Assembly (NCBI GenBank): GCA_041741015.1
Contig: JBGSKX010000316.1
Coordinates: 9,457-73,456, forward strand
Source: Pirellulales bacterium
Lineage (GTDB): Bacteria; Planctomycetota; Planctomycetia; Pirellulales; PALSA-1355
Direction of reading: 5' to 3'
Length of the DNA stretch: 64,000 nucleotides
Position 1 is the stretch's first letter. Each line of letters begins with the position of its first letter. This document shows positions 10,208 to 20,372 of this stretch, one piece after another. The notes under the pieces are model-generated. The model had not been told where the DNA came from, ran no database searches, and saw nothing but the letters and a program-made list of their open reading frames with translations. The translations under genes and the position numbers were made by a program.

Positions 10208-11254
10208 ATGCCCAACCGAGCAAAGCTACTTGCCACGGCTTTCGCTGCCACATGCACGGTCGTGTCTGTCGCACAGGCGATCGCTCAGTCGAATGATAAG
10301 CTCAGCGACGTTCCGACAGCGCTGCAGGCAATCGCTGCCAATGACGAATTGCTTTCCTTCACGCTCGGCCCGATCAAGCTGCCCGCCGGCGGTCACTTGC
10401 AAGGCATTCAGATCGTCTTCGAGGAGGCGCCACCGAGCCGTCAGGTGTTAATCTCGCACGACTCGCTCACCGTGGCTTATTTGGCAGTCGTCGAATTTCT
10501 GAATACCGAACTCGACGACTTCTCGGCCACCGGCAAAATCGCCCTCGTGCGGCAGCTTCCGTCGGATGGACAGTCGCCCCCCTTGCGCCATGCCGGCGGA
10601 TTTCAGCTTGCCGGCAGGGTCCTGGCCATCGGCGTCGAAGACAACCAGGAGAAGAAACGGTCACAAATTCAGTTCTGGAGCATCGACAGTCGCACCCGAC
10701 TCGGCCAGCTCAAGCACCTGACCATTGCCCGCAGCAGCGAAATACCAAAGCAAGCCACCGCCGGCGCCGTCGGCCTCGTCGAGCGCGAGAAGGACCACCT
10801 GCTCGCCGTCGGCAACTGGGACTGTCGGGCGATCGACTTCTACGTGTCGAACGGAAAACCGCTCGCCGATCCGGCCTGCCGTTTCGAACACAAGCTCAAG
10901 TGGCAAGCCGACACCGCCGCAACCGCCGACTGGAAGCCCGACACCATCCGCGGCATGTACCAGTCGTTGAACTTCGTCCCCGACGCGGCCGGAAACATCT
11001 TCCTGCTTGGCTTCGATACCTCGCCATCCGGCAAGGACGTGATCGATCTGTTCGAGGTCGACCTCACGCGAGGGCCCGAGCGAGCGCTTCGCAAAGTGGA
11101 ACGCAAGGTTGTTCAGCTCACTGGCGACAATCACTTTCGCTTCGCCGGCGGCGCGGTCGTTCGCGACGGCAAGCTGCTGATCCTCTCCAGCGAGCGGAAC
11201 TTCAAGCCCCACGACCAGACGCGGCTCAAGGTACTGCGGAATGATAGCCGTTAG
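10208..11254 (+). CDS. Secreted hypothetical protein (probable beta-propeller)
   Basis: ATG at 10208 after GAGGA RBS; signal peptide MPNRAKLLATAFAATCTVVSVAQA; HLQGIQ and HAGGFQ blade-like motifs. Confidence 0.7.
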   Translation: MPNRAKLLATAFAATCTVVSVAQAIAQSNDKLSDVPTALQAIAANDELLSFTLGPIKLPAGGHLQGIQIVFEEAPPSRQVLISHDSLTVAYLAVVEFLNTELDDFSATGKIALVRQLPSDGQSPPLRHAGGFQLAGRVLAIGVEDNQEKKRSQIQFWSIDSRTRLGQLKHLTIARSSEIPKQATAGAVGLVEREKDHLLAVGNWDCRAIDFYVSNGKPLADPACRFEHKLKWQADTAATADWKPDTIRGMYQSLNFVPDAAGNIFLLGFDTSPSGKDVIDLFEVDLTRGPERALRKVERKVVQLTGDNHFRFAGGAVVRDGKLLILSSERNFKPHDQTRLKVLRNDSR

Positions 11255-11682
11255 GCCTTCGGTTTCCCGCGCACCAGGAGCACCGGAATCTCCGTCTTGT
11301 GGCGAACTTCCGAGGCGACGCTCCCCAGCACCAGGTCGCTCAGCAACCGATGCCCGTGCGTGCTCATCGCAATCAGATCGCACTGCTCACGCTCGGCAAT
11401 CTCGACAATCTGCTTGCTCGGCTCGCCGCACGCCAAGAGCGACTTCGCCTCGAAGCCCTCGTTCGCGAGTTCCTGCTGGCACTTGTCGAGATATGCCCGG
11501 TCTTGTCGCATCTCCTCCGACTCGTCCAGCCCCAGGTTCTCCTGGTTGCGGGCCATGAAGCCATCGGCCACGTGCACCAGCGTCAGCCGCGCGCCGGTCA
11601 GACGTGCCAGCGGCCGGATGTGCGCCAGGATGGCGGCGTCCGTGGGCGAGTTGTCGAGCGGAACGAGGATGTGCTTGTACAC
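11251..11682 (-). CDS. Universal stress protein
   Basis: YKHILVPLD...DLIAMSTHGH...LGSVASEV...PVLLVR; GTG start at 11682 chosen over the longer ORF; directly downstream of mntH. Confidence 0.92.
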   Translation of the reverse strand: MYKHILVPLDNSPTDAAILAHIRPLARLTGARLTLVHVADGFMARNQENLGLDESEEMRQDRAYLDKCQQELANEGFEAKSLLACGEPSKQIVEIAEREQCDLIAMSTHGHRLLSDLVLGSVASEVRHKTEIPVLLVRGKPKA

Positions 11683-11704
11683 GGAATCGTCCGAAGCGTG
11701 TGGT

Positions 11705-13072
11705 TTACTCACCAAAGAACTGAGCGTACAGCAAGTACAGGTTCAAAGATACGATGATCGCCGTGACGATCCAAGCCAGAATCGCTAGGGCCGGATGGTT
11801 GGCGAAGCGTCCCATCTTCCGCCGGTCGCCGGTGAATAGCACGAGCGGCACCACTGCGAAGCTGAGTTGCATGGAGAGAATGACCTGGCTCAAGACCAAT
11901 AGCTGTCCGACGCCTCGCTCGCCATACATGGCCGCCACGATTACCGCCGGCACAATCGCGACCAGCCGCGTGATCAGCCGTCGGACCCAGGGCCGAAGCC
12001 GCAGGTTGAGAAACCCTTCCATCACGATCTGTCCCGCCATGGTCCCTGTCAGCGTCGAGTTCTGTCCCGAAGCGAGCAGCGCCACGGCGAACGCCGTGCT
12101 GGCCAGGCTGTAGCCCAGCACCGGAGCGAGCAACTTGTAGGCGTCGGAAATGTCAGCAACATCCTGGTACTCGGTGCCATGAAACGCCGCGGCGGCCACG
12201 ACCAGAATCGCGGCGTTGATAAAGAACGCAAACAACAGCGATACGGTCGAGTCGATCGTGGCGAAACGAATCGCCGTGCTTCGCCCCTCGTCGTTCTTCT
12301 CATATGCCCGTGTCTGCACAATGCTCGAGTGCAGGTACAAGTTGTGCGGCATCACCGTCGCGCCCAGGATGCCGATCGCGATGTAGAGCATCGCCGGGTT
12401 GGTCACGATCTCCGGCCGCGGAATCAGACCGACCAGCATCGGACCAATCGCCGGGTGCGAAATCGCGATCTCATAGGCAAAGCAACCGCCGATCAGAAAA
12501 ATGAGTGCCGCCACCAACGCTTCCAGATAGCGGAACCCCTTGTGCTGCAGAAACAGCACAATGAACACGTCGAGCGCCGTCAGGATCACGCCCACGATGA
12601 TCGGCATCCCAAACAGCAGATTCAGCGCGATCGCCGAGCCGATGACTTCCGCCAGATCACAGGCCGCGATTGCAATTTCGCAGATCACCCACAGGAAGAA
12701 TCCCACCGGCCTCGAATAGTGGTCGCGGCAGGCTTGCGCCAAATCGCGCCCGGTAACGATGCCCAGCTTCAGCGCCAGGTGCTGCAACAGGATGGCCATG
12801 AAATTTGAAATCAACACGACCGACAGCAGCGTGTAGCCAAACTGTGCTCCGCCCGCCAAGTCCGTGGCCCAATTGCCAGGATCCATGTAGCCGACGGCCA
12901 CCATCAATCCCGGTCCGGAGAAGGCCCACATCTTGCGCCAGAAGCCCGCCTGCCCAACCGGTACCGAGGCGTAGACCTCCGGCAGCGAGGGCGTCCGCGA
13001 CGCCTGCCGCCAGCCGGACTCCTGGTGCGAATCCGGGGGCACTGACTTCGGTGATTCCGCGTCCGATTTCAT
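11705..13072 (-). CDS. mntH: Nramp family Mn2+/Fe2+ transporter
   Basis: [36 protein letters not shown] signatures. Confidence 0.95.
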   Translation of the reverse strand: MKSDAESPKSVPPDSHQESGWRQASRTPSLPEVYASVPVGQAGFWRKMWAFSGPGLMVAVGYMDPGNWATDLAGGAQFGYTLLSVVLISNFMAILLQHLALKLGIVTGRDLAQACRDHYSRPVGFFLWVICEIAIAACDLAEVIGSAIALNLLFGMPIIVGVILTALDVFIVLFLQHKGFRYLEALVAALIFLIGGCFAYEIAISHPAIGPMLVGLIPRPEIVTNPAMLYIAIGILGATVMPHNLYLHSSIVQTRAYEKNDEGRSTAIRFATIDSTVSLLFAFFINAAILVVAAAAFHGTEYQDVADISDAYKLLAPVLGYSLASTAFAVALLASGQNSTLTGTMAGQIVMEGFLNLRLRPWVRRLITRLVAIVPAVIVAAMYGERGVGQLLVLSQVILSMQLSFAVVPLVLFTGDRRKMGRFANHPALAILAWIVTAIIVSLNLYLLYAQFFGE

Positions 13073-13143
13073 GGCTGACAAAAACGTCCCGTAGCCAAAC
13101 TCAACTTCCGCGAGGCCCGCTCATTATGGCCGCCGGTCCGAAC

Positions 13144-13185
13144 ATTTTTCAATATGTAAAATATCGGTTTTTGGTTACCAAAAAT
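13144..13185. promoter_or_regulatory. Two tandem 19-bp AT-rich palindromes upstream of mntH (candidate MntR/DtxR-family operators)
   Basis: ATTTTTCAATATGTAAAAT (13144-13162) and GTTTTTGGTTACCAAAAAT (13167-13185; perfect 8-1-8 core) in a GC-rich background. Confidence 0.6.
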
Positions 13186-13335
13186 CAACTGGAAACCTGA
13201 CCAACTACCCGCAGACTTCACTTGCCAGCAGCAGCGGTTTCTCCGCCCCCGGCGTGCTCCACCAACCGGAAAAATCCTTGCCCCGGGCGTTAGCGGCCGA
13301 ACTCAAGTCACTTGACATTAGGCAGTTGCGAAAAG

Positions 13336-13363
13336 TTGACAGTCCACTGGACACCGCTACATT
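13336..13363 (+). promoter_or_regulatory. Sigma70-like promoter for the GNAT gene
   Basis: TTGACA-16 bp-TACATT; GTCCA-C-TGGAC palindrome in the spacer. Confidence 0.5.
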
Positions 13364-13482
13364 TACAGGTAGGTCCGCTGCCGCCTGCCGCACTTGGGCC
13401 GGCGCACATCGATTTGGCGCGCATAATCTTATTGATAGCCAACAAGTTACGGCGCTCGTACCTCATTTCCGGGGACGCTCCT

Positions 13483-14040
13483 ATGGGTCTGACCTACTTC
13501 AAGCGATTCCGGATGGAGATCGATCTTGTCAGCCGCACCATCACTCCGCCTCAGCCGCCTGCCGGCTACCGCTTGCTAGCCTGGGACGATTCGCTCCTCG
13601 AAGCTCACGCCGAAGCAAAGTATCAAAGCTTTCGCAGCGAAATCGACTCCAACGTCTTCCCCTGCCTCGGCGATTGGCTCGGCTGCCAGCGGCTGATGCA
13701 AGAGATTCGCGCCAAACAAGGTTTCCTGCCGGGCGCCACCTGGCTGCTCGCTTACGAAACCGGTTCCGATCAACTCGAATACTGTGGCACCGTGCAGGGT
13801 ATTCGCGACTATACGGGCGTCGGCGCCATTCAGAATCTGGGAATCACCCCCGAACACCGTTCGCGCAACCTCGGCACCTGCTTGCTGTTGAACGCGCTGG
13901 CCGGTTTCCAAGCGGTCGGCATGCGGCGGGGCTATCTGGAAGTAACCGCGCAGAACGCCGGGGCGATTCGTCTGTATGGCCGGATCGGCTTTACCAAGGC
14001 CCGCACGGTTTACAAAGCGGTCGAAGTCGCGTATTCCTAA
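13483..14040 (+). CDS. GNAT family N-acetyltransferase
   Basis: MGLTYFKRFRMEIDL start; GITPEHRSRNLG acetyl-CoA motif; N...AIRLY..IGF. Confidence 0.9.
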   Translation: MGLTYFKRFRMEIDLVSRTITPPQPPAGYRLLAWDDSLLEAHAEAKYQSFRSEIDSNVFPCLGDWLGCQRLMQEIRAKQGFLPGATWLLAYETGSDQLEYCGTVQGIRDYTGVGAIQNLGITPEHRSRNLGTCLLLNALAGFQAVGMRRGYLEVTAQNAGAIRLYGRIGFTKARTVYKAVEVAYS

Positions 14041-14177
14041 ACGCGGCGCTGACGGGTCGCTCACCTCACACTTTGCGTGTTCGTGGCTGGCAAGCGCCAA
14101 TTCCTCGTCCGTGGCCACCGAGCACGATCGCGACCCATTTGCACCAGTTCCCCAATCGCACCCGGGATACCAACTAA

Positions 14178-15422
14178 GTGAAGCAGTCCATCCTTTCGCA
14201 TACGTTCGCCAGCGGACTCGTGCTCGTCGCGGAGCCGATGATGTCGCTTGAGTCCGCGGCGTTCACGTTCCTGCTGCCGGCCGGCTGTGCTCTCGACCCG
14301 CTGGACTATGCCGGCCTGGCCGAAGTCACCTGCGAGCTCACGCTCCGCGGCTCCGGCAATCGCGACAGCCGACAGTTCATCGAAGAGCTCGAGCGACTCG
14401 GCGTCGAACACGGCCAATCCGTCTCGACCACGCACACCAGCTACAGCGGCGCGATGCTCTCGCGCAACTTGCTCCCCACGCTCGACGTCTATGCCGACCT
14501 GCTCCGCCGGGCCCGTTTCCCGAAGGAACAGATGGAGCCTGCCCGGCAAGTCGTCCTGCAAGAGCTCGCCGCCATCGAGGACGAGCCCGGCCAGAAGCTC
14601 ATGCAAGAGTTGCGCAAACATCACTATCCCGATCCCTGGGGCCGCACAAGCCATGGCACTGAAGCGGGCCTCAAGAAGCTCAGCCTCACGCACATTCGCG
14701 AGCACTACGCCCGCAACTACCAGCCGAACGGCACGATCCTGGGCGTCGCCGGCAACTTTGATTGGGAAGCCCTCAAGGCCCACGTCGGTTCGCTGTTCGA
14801 CGATTGGAAACCGCTCGCGCCGCAATCGATTGTCGCCGGCGCGTTGCCGCCGCGCCGCGCGTACATTCCGCATGAATCAAACCAGACGCAAATCGGCATC
14901 GCCTTCGACAGCCTGCCTTACAACCATCCCGACTACTTCCAGGCCTGGGGCGCCGTGGGCGTGCTCTCCGGCGGCATGAGCTCGCGACTGTTCACCGAAG
15001 TGCGCGAAAAGCGCGGGCTCTGCTACAGCGTCTATGCCACGATGCATTCGCTCCGCGATCGCGGCAGCGTGCTCTGCTACGCCGGAACCAGTTCCGCCCG
15101 GGCGCAAGAGACGCTCGACGTTACCTTGGCCGAACTCGTACGCATCGCCGAGGGCGTGCAGCCCGACGAACTTACCCGGCTCAAAGCACGCATCAAGAGC
15201 AGCCTGATCATGCAGCAGGAGTCGAGCATCTCTCGCTCCAGCTCGATCGCCCGCGACCTGTACTACCTTGACCGCGTGCGCACGCTCGACGAAATCAGCC
15301 AGCTCGTGGACGGGCTGTCCTGCGAAAGTATCAATAGTTACCTGGCCGCGAATCCGCCGCGCGAGTTTACCGTCGTGACGCTCGGTCCCGAGCCGCTGGA
15401 GGTCCATCTTGAAGTTTCGTGA
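14178..15422 (+). CDS. M16 (pitrilysin) family subunit lacking HXXEH
   Basis: M16 fold with SRLFTEVREKRGLCY; Zn-motif position reads EVTCE. Confidence 0.9.
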   Translation: MKQSILSHTFASGLVLVAEPMMSLESAAFTFLLPAGCALDPLDYAGLAEVTCELTLRGSGNRDSRQFIEELERLGVEHGQSVSTTHTSYSGAMLSRNLLPTLDVYADLLRRARFPKEQMEPARQVVLQELAAIEDEPGQKLMQELRKHHYPDPWGRTSHGTEAGLKKLSLTHIREHYARNYQPNGTILGVAGNFDWEALKAHVGSLFDDWKPLAPQSIVAGALPPRRAYIPHESNQTQIGIAFDSLPYNHPDYFQAWGAVGVLSGGMSSRLFTEVREKRGLCYSVYATMHSLRDRGSVLCYAGTSSARAQETLDVTLAELVRIAEGVQPDELTRLKARIKSSLIMQQESSISRSSSIARDLYYLDRVRTLDEISQLVDGLSCESINSYLAANPPREFTVVTLGPEPLEVHLEVS

Positions 15423-16647
15423 ACATACGCTTGCTAACGGCCTGTCGATCGTTGCCGAGTGCAATGACGAGGCCCATACCACGGCGCTCGGTTACTTCGT
15501 CCAGACCGGCGCTCGCGACGAAACCGAGGCCGACGCCGGCGTGAGCCACTTCCTCGAACACATGATGTTCAAGGGCACGCCCACCCGCACGGCCGAGGAC
15601 GTCAACCGCGAGTTCGACGACATGGGCGCGCACTACAACGCTTTCACCAGCGAGGAGCACACGGTGTACTACGCGGCCGTGCTGCCCGAATTTCAGCGTG
15701 CCGCCGTCGAGCTCTGGGCCGACGTCCTGCGACCTTCGCTCCGCGATGAAGACTTCACCACCGAAAAGCAGGTGATCATCGAAGAGATCAAGATGTACGA
15801 GGATCAGCCGCCGTACCTGGCCGACGACAAGTGCCGGGCCCTGCACTACGGCGGGCATCCGCTCTCGCACAGCGTGCTCGGCACGGTCGAGAGCATCGCG
15901 GCGCTTCCCGTCGAAGCGATGCGCAAGTACTTTGAGCGCCGCTACTCGCCCGGCAACATCGCGCTGGTCGGCACGGGCCGCGTCGACTTCGACGGCCTGG
16001 TCAAAGCCGCCGAGCAGATTTGCGGCGCCTGGAAGCCGGTCGAGGCCGGCCGCTCGGCGCCCCCTGCTCCGCGCGCGAAGAGCTTTCACCCGGTTTACAA
16101 AGAGACCTCGACGCTCGAGTATGTTCTGCAATTCTCGAATGCGCCCGGCGCGACCGATGAAGATCGCTACGCCGCGAAGGTGCTGGCCACGGTCCTGGGC
16201 GACGACTCCGGCAGCCGGCTGTACTGGGCGCTCGTCGACGAAGGACTGGCCGAGCAGGCCTCGCTCGGACATCAGGACTATCAAGGCGCGGGCCTCTTCA
16301 TGACCTACATGGCCTGCGATCCCGAGCTGGCGCAAGCGAACCTCGAGCGGATCGCCGAACTGTTCGCGCAAGTGCAGCGCGATGGCATCACCGACGCGGA
16401 ACTCGCCCAGGCCAAGAGCAAGATCAACTCGCGCGTCGTGCTGGCCAGCGAACGGCCGCGCGGCCGGCTGTTTAACGTCGGTGGCAACTGGATCCAGCGC
16501 CGCGAGTATCGCACGGTTCGCGACGATCTGGAGAGAATCGACCGCCTCACGCGGAACGACCTGATGGACGTGCTCGCCCGCTATCCGCTCAGCGAAAACA
16601 CGACGCTGGCGATCGGCCCGGCCCAGAACCTGAAGGCCCCGGGTTAA
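15409..16647 (+). CDS. M16 family Zn-peptidase, catalytic subunit
   Basis: HFLEHMMFKG and NAFTS; overlaps the upstream paralog by 14 bp. Confidence 0.93.
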   Translation: MKFREHTLANGLSIVAECNDEAHTTALGYFVQTGARDETEADAGVSHFLEHMMFKGTPTRTAEDVNREFDDMGAHYNAFTSEEHTVYYAAVLPEFQRAAVELWADVLRPSLRDEDFTTEKQVIIEEIKMYEDQPPYLADDKCRALHYGGHPLSHSVLGTVESIAALPVEAMRKYFERRYSPGNIALVGTGRVDFDGLVKAAEQICGAWKPVEAGRSAPPAPRAKSFHPVYKETSTLEYVLQFSNAPGATDEDRYAAKVLATVLGDDSGSRLYWALVDEGLAEQASLGHQDYQGAGLFMTYMACDPELAQANLERIAELFAQVQRDGITDAELAQAKSKINSRVVLASERPRGRLFNVGGNWIQRREYRTVRDDLERIDRLTRNDLMDVLARYPLSENTTLAIGPAQNLKAPG

Positions 16648-16779
16648 GCCAGCCAGCGACTGCCCGCGCGGCACATCTCGCGAGCCCTCATCACGCATTG
16701 AGAGCCAGCCGACTTTCCACTACAATTGCCCGCTCAAATCAGTCGATTCAATCGAGATTACCGGGAGACGACCACCCTC

Positions 16780-17238
16780 ATGGAACGCACGCTCATCCTG
16801 CTCAAGCCCGACGCCGTTCAGCGCCGCCTGGCCGGCCGAATCATCAGCCGCTTCGAAGACAAAGGCCTCAACTTCGTGGCCATGAAGCTGCTCCGCGTGA
16901 CGCCCGAATTGGCCAAGAAGCACTACGCCGAGCACGTCGCCAAGGGCTGGTATCCCACGCTCGAGCAGTTCATCACCGGCGGACCGATCATCGCCGCCAT
17001 CGTCGAAGGTCTGGAAGCGATTCAGGTCGTGCGCGACATGCTCGGGGCGACGAGCGGTCTCAAGGCAGCGCCCGGCACCATCCGCGGCGACTACAGCTCC
17101 AGCCGGCAGATGAACCTGGTGCACGCGTCCGACGGACCGGAAGCCGCCAAGCGCGAAATCGAGCTCTACTTCAAGAAAGAAGAGATCATCGAGTTCGCGC
17201 CGACGATCACCCCCTGGCTTCGCGCGGGCGACGAATAA
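16780..17238 (+). CDS. ndk: Nucleoside diphosphate kinase
   Basis: MERTLILLKPDAVQR, PGTIRGD, NLVHASD. Confidence 0.97.
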   Translation: MERTLILLKPDAVQRRLAGRIISRFEDKGLNFVAMKLLRVTPELAKKHYAEHVAKGWYPTLEQFITGGPIIAAIVEGLEAIQVVRDMLGATSGLKAAPGTIRGDYSSSRQMNLVHASDGPEAAKREIELYFKKEEIIEFAPTITPWLRAGDE

Positions 17239-17284
17239 CGTTCAAGCGTTGTTGCGAAGGCGTGCATTGCGGGTTCAGACCAGC

Positions 17285-17397
17285 GTGCCACAGGTGGCCG
17301 TGAGCGCGGCTCACCTGTGAACGCAGCCGCGCAGCATCCATGGCTTCACGTTCGATGCCGGGTGCCACAGGTGGCCGCGTTGCGGCTCACCTGTGAA
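17285..17397. repeat. Two direct copies of a ~36-bp REP-like palindrome between convergent ndk and pyrF
   Basis: GTGCCACAGGTGGCCG-(variable)-GCGGCTCACCTGTGAA at 17285-17321 and 17362-17397; each folds CACAGGTG/CACCTGTG. Confidence 0.8.
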
Positions 17398-17444
17398 AAA
17401 TTCGACTCGCGACACGCGTGACTGCTACATAGCACCAGTGACAC

Positions 17445-18398
17445 CTACCGCCGTCCCAGCTTGCCGGCCGGCGTGTCGGCCCGCAGTTCGTCGATCATGG
17501 CCTTTGTCGCCGCGACCACGGCATCCTGCCAGCGCGCTTCGCCAAACTCGGCATACTCCTTGCGAGCATGCGCGAAGATAATCCCGCGCGAGTTGTTCAC
17601 GATCGCGCCAAGTCCTTCCATGTCGAACGAAGACGCCACGTCGCGAGCCGTCGCGCCTTGGCTGCCATAGCCCGGCACCAGGAACCACGCGTGCGGCATG
17701 GCGCTTCGCAGCTCCGCCGCTTGATTCGGATACGTCGCGCCGACCACCGCCCCGGCTAGCCCGTATCCACACTCGCCGGCACTCGTCGCGGCGATCCGCT
17801 CAACGTAGTCGGCCACGTGCCGATAGATCGGCTTCCCATCCGCCACCAGGTCCTGAAACATCCCGCCGCCCGGGTTCGACGTCTTCACCAGCACGAAGAT
17901 CCCCGCCCCGCGCTCACCCGCCGTCGAGACGAACGGCTCAAGGCTGTCTTCGCCCAGGTACGGGCTCACGGTCAGTGCGTCGCCTGCCCACGCGCTGTGC
18001 TGTTCGTCTCCCAGGTACCCTTCGGCATACGCCGTGGCCGTCGAGCCGATGTCGTTCCGCTTGCCGTCGACGATCACCAGCAGCCCCCGCTCGCGCGCAT
18101 AACGAATCACTTCGCCGAGCGCCGCCATGCCCGCGGGCCCAAGCTGCTCAAAAAACGCCGCCTGTGGTTTCACGGCCGGCACCAGCGGCGCGACAACATC
18201 AATCACGCCTTCGCAAAACTTACGATACGCCGCGGCTTGGCCGGCATAGTCACCGGCCTCCGCCGTCCGCAGCGCCGCCGGAAGCTGCCCGAACCGCGGA
18301 TCGAGACCCACCAGCACCGGATTCGCCTTGTCCACGACGGCGGCAGCAAGGCGGTCGGCAAAATGCGTGATGGCGGGCGTTGATGATTCAGAGGGCAT
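17445..18398 (-). CDS. pyrF: Orotidine 5'-phosphate decarboxylase
   Basis: VGLDP, KPQAAFFE, DGKRNDIGST, LVKTSNPG, LVPGYGSQG, NNSRGI; start codon uncertain. Confidence 0.95.
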   Translation of the reverse strand: MPSESSTPAITHFADRLAAAVVDKANPVLVGLDPRFGQLPAALRTAEAGDYAGQAAAYRKFCEGVIDVVAPLVPAVKPQAAFFEQLGPAGMAALGEVIRYARERGLLVIVDGKRNDIGSTATAYAEGYLGDEQHSAWAGDALTVSPYLGEDSLEPFVSTAGERGAGIFVLVKTSNPGGGMFQDLVADGKPIYRHVADYVERIAATSAGECGYGLAGAVVGATYPNQAAELRSAMPHAWFLVPGYGSQGATARDVASSFDMEGLGAIVNNSRGIIFAHARKEYAEFGEARWQDAVVAATKAMIDELRADTPAGKLGRR

Positions 18399-18662
18399 GG
18401 GCAGCAGGCTTCGTGTTCGTCGGGTTGCGGTTGAGGAGTCCATCACACGCGACTTTACCCTCTGATTCGTCGGGCAAGTGCGGGTCGCGCTGTCGGCCAT
18501 CGTACCGAATCCTCGCCTGCTTCCCCAGGGCCGCGATTCGCTCGCTGGGACAGCGCTTGCGTGCGGCCGTATCAGGCGTTGTCATTTGTCGAGCATTCTG
18601 CGATATTTGGGTTCCCTGGCGAGCGGCCGTTTCGATCGACCGTTCGCCTCCGAAGACACGCA

Positions 18663-18737
18663 CGGGGCGTGGCGCAGCCTGGCTAGCGCGCTTGACTGGG
18701 GGTCAAGAGGTCGCAGGTTCAAATCCTGTCGCCCCGA
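18663..18737 (+). tRNA. tRNA-Pro(GGG), no encoded CCA; integration target
   Basis: Acceptor CGGGGCG/CGCCCCG; anticodon arm CTTGA-CTGGGGG-TCAAG; T arm GCAGG-TTCAAAT-CCTGT. Confidence 0.97.
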
Positions 18738-20043
18738 TTTCGACAAGCTCTGACACAAATTGCCAGACGGCGTCAAAACCCTTGCAGTGGCGAGGGTTTT
18801 GTCGTTTGTGGTCAGAGGCTTGGTTGCCATCTAAAGACACCGAATGCCCCTCAGCGCCGCCAGAAATGCAGCGCATTTGCAGCGCGGCTTCAGGAGCCGA
18901 TGCCGCGGGGGGGGTATCGACTGCGACAAGATCTTCTGGAGTCACCAGCCGCAGGGAGGCGATCGCCTTGGCCTGATCGTTGATGCCGATGTGCGTGTAC
19001 TTCATCGTCGTCTTGATATCGGAATGCCGGGCCAATTCTTTGGTCTCAGGCAGCGAGGCGCCGCTGCGAAGCAACTCAGTGATGTACGTATGCCGGCCCG
19101 AAGCATGGAAGTCGGCGATGCCTTCTTCAGTCTCATAGGGGATACCAACCCGCTCCAGGTCCTTACGGACCATGACATGCGTCTTGCGTTGGCCGAGCCG
19201 AGGGAAAAGCTTATCTCCTCGCGGCATCCCTCTGAGCCACTGGCGTAGCATGGCGGCGAGTTCCGGATGGAGCGGGAGCACATCCTCTTGCCGGTGCTTC
19301 GAGGCTGTGGCCGCCACAGTGACGGTCGGTGGCGTGGCGTCCAGATTGAAACTCTTTGGCGTCAGGCTGCCCAATTCCTTGCGACGCAGGCCGGTGAGGT
19401 ACGCCATGAGATAGATCCGTGCCCGCTGTTCGCCCGAGTATCGCTGGATGCTGATCCCGCTGGTACGAGCCGAGGCGATTAGTTGGGACACCTCCTCTGC
19501 CGAAAGTGCCCTCCTCGCATGCCGCACGTCAACGGCAGTGTTGAGGGTCTCAACACCGAGCATAGGATTGGTCAGCAACCGTCTCGTAGTGACGCACCAG
19601 TTGCAGAACGTGCCGAAGGCTTGCAGATATTGGTTGTAGGTCCGATGGCCCGTTTTCTCGTCCTTGCGGCGCGAACGCAGGTATTTCTGGACCGCTTCCG
19701 GCTCAATGTCGGCCAGCGTCTTGAATCCGCAGCCTTCGATGGTTCGCCGCACCTGGCCCATCGTTAGCTTGACGTACTGCGGAGAATTGTCAGACAGACT
19801 TTCCTCAAACTCGGTCAGTTGCTCAACGATGGGGACCAATCGCTGCTCCGTGATGCGATCGAGGCTCGCATCGACCATGCCCGTTCGGCGTAGGCGAGCT
19901 TCCGTCTCTAGCTTGCCGGCCAGTTCTTCGCTCAGTCCTTTGTCCGTGAACCCAATCTCAGTCCGTCGCTTGCCACGATGATCAAGGTACTGGATTGTGT
20001 AGGGTTCGTACTTGCGTTTCGTCCGCTTGAAGATTGACGCCAT
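18703..20043 (-). CDS. Tyrosine integrase; reading frame ends antisense inside the tRNA
   Basis: TGLRRKE, DFHASGRHT, LARHS, TMKYTH; C-terminal GATGFEPATS is the tRNA antisense. Confidence 0.93.
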   Translation of the reverse strand: MASIFKRTKRKYEPYTIQYLDHRGKRRTEIGFTDKGLSEELAGKLETEARLRRTGMVDASLDRITEQRLVPIVEQLTEFEESLSDNSPQYVKLTMGQVRRTIEGCGFKTLADIEPEAVQKYLRSRRKDEKTGHRTYNQYLQAFGTFCNWCVTTRRLLTNPMLGVETLNTAVDVRHARRALSAEEVSQLIASARTSGISIQRYSGEQRARIYLMAYLTGLRRKELGSLTPKSFNLDATPPTVTVAATASKHRQEDVLPLHPELAAMLRQWLRGMPRGDKLFPRLGQRKTHVMVRKDLERVGIPYETEEGIADFHASGRHTYITELLRSGASLPETKELARHSDIKTTMKYTHIGINDQAKAIASLRLVTPEDLVAVDTPPAASAPEAALQMRCISGGAEGHSVSLDGNQASDHKRQNPRHCKGFDAVWQFVSELVEIGATGFEPATS

Positions 20044-20112
20044 TGGCTGTTTCCTCCGGTGGTCCTTTACGACATTCTTACGTGGTGCATTAGCTGGGCA
20101 AGCGGCGGCGTG

Positions 20113-20346
20113 TCAGCGGGGACGCCGTGGGCCGCCATTTCGGTGAGGGCTTATGCGAGCTTCAATCCAGGCTTCCACGTCCTCAAGCCGCCAGCGAACG
20201 TTGCGCCCGAAGCGAATCGGTTGCGGAAGTTCGCCGCTTGCGACATATCGCCAAACGCTTCGCTTCGAAATTTTCAAGATTTTTGCCAGTTCCTGCACGC
20301 CCAGCGTGCAAGGTAGGCTTCGGTCGGTACTGACGATGGAGTGCAT
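20113..20346 (-). CDS. AlpA/excisionase-like winged-helix protein
   Basis: LGVQELAKILKISKRSVWRYVASGELPQPIRFGRNVRW; directly upstream of int. Confidence 0.88.
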   Translation of the reverse strand: MHSIVSTDRSLPCTLGVQELAKILKISKRSVWRYVASGELPQPIRFGRNVRWRLEDVEAWIEARISPHRNGGPRRPR

Positions 20347-20372
20347 CGCTCTTCTCCTTAAGGCAGAGGGGA

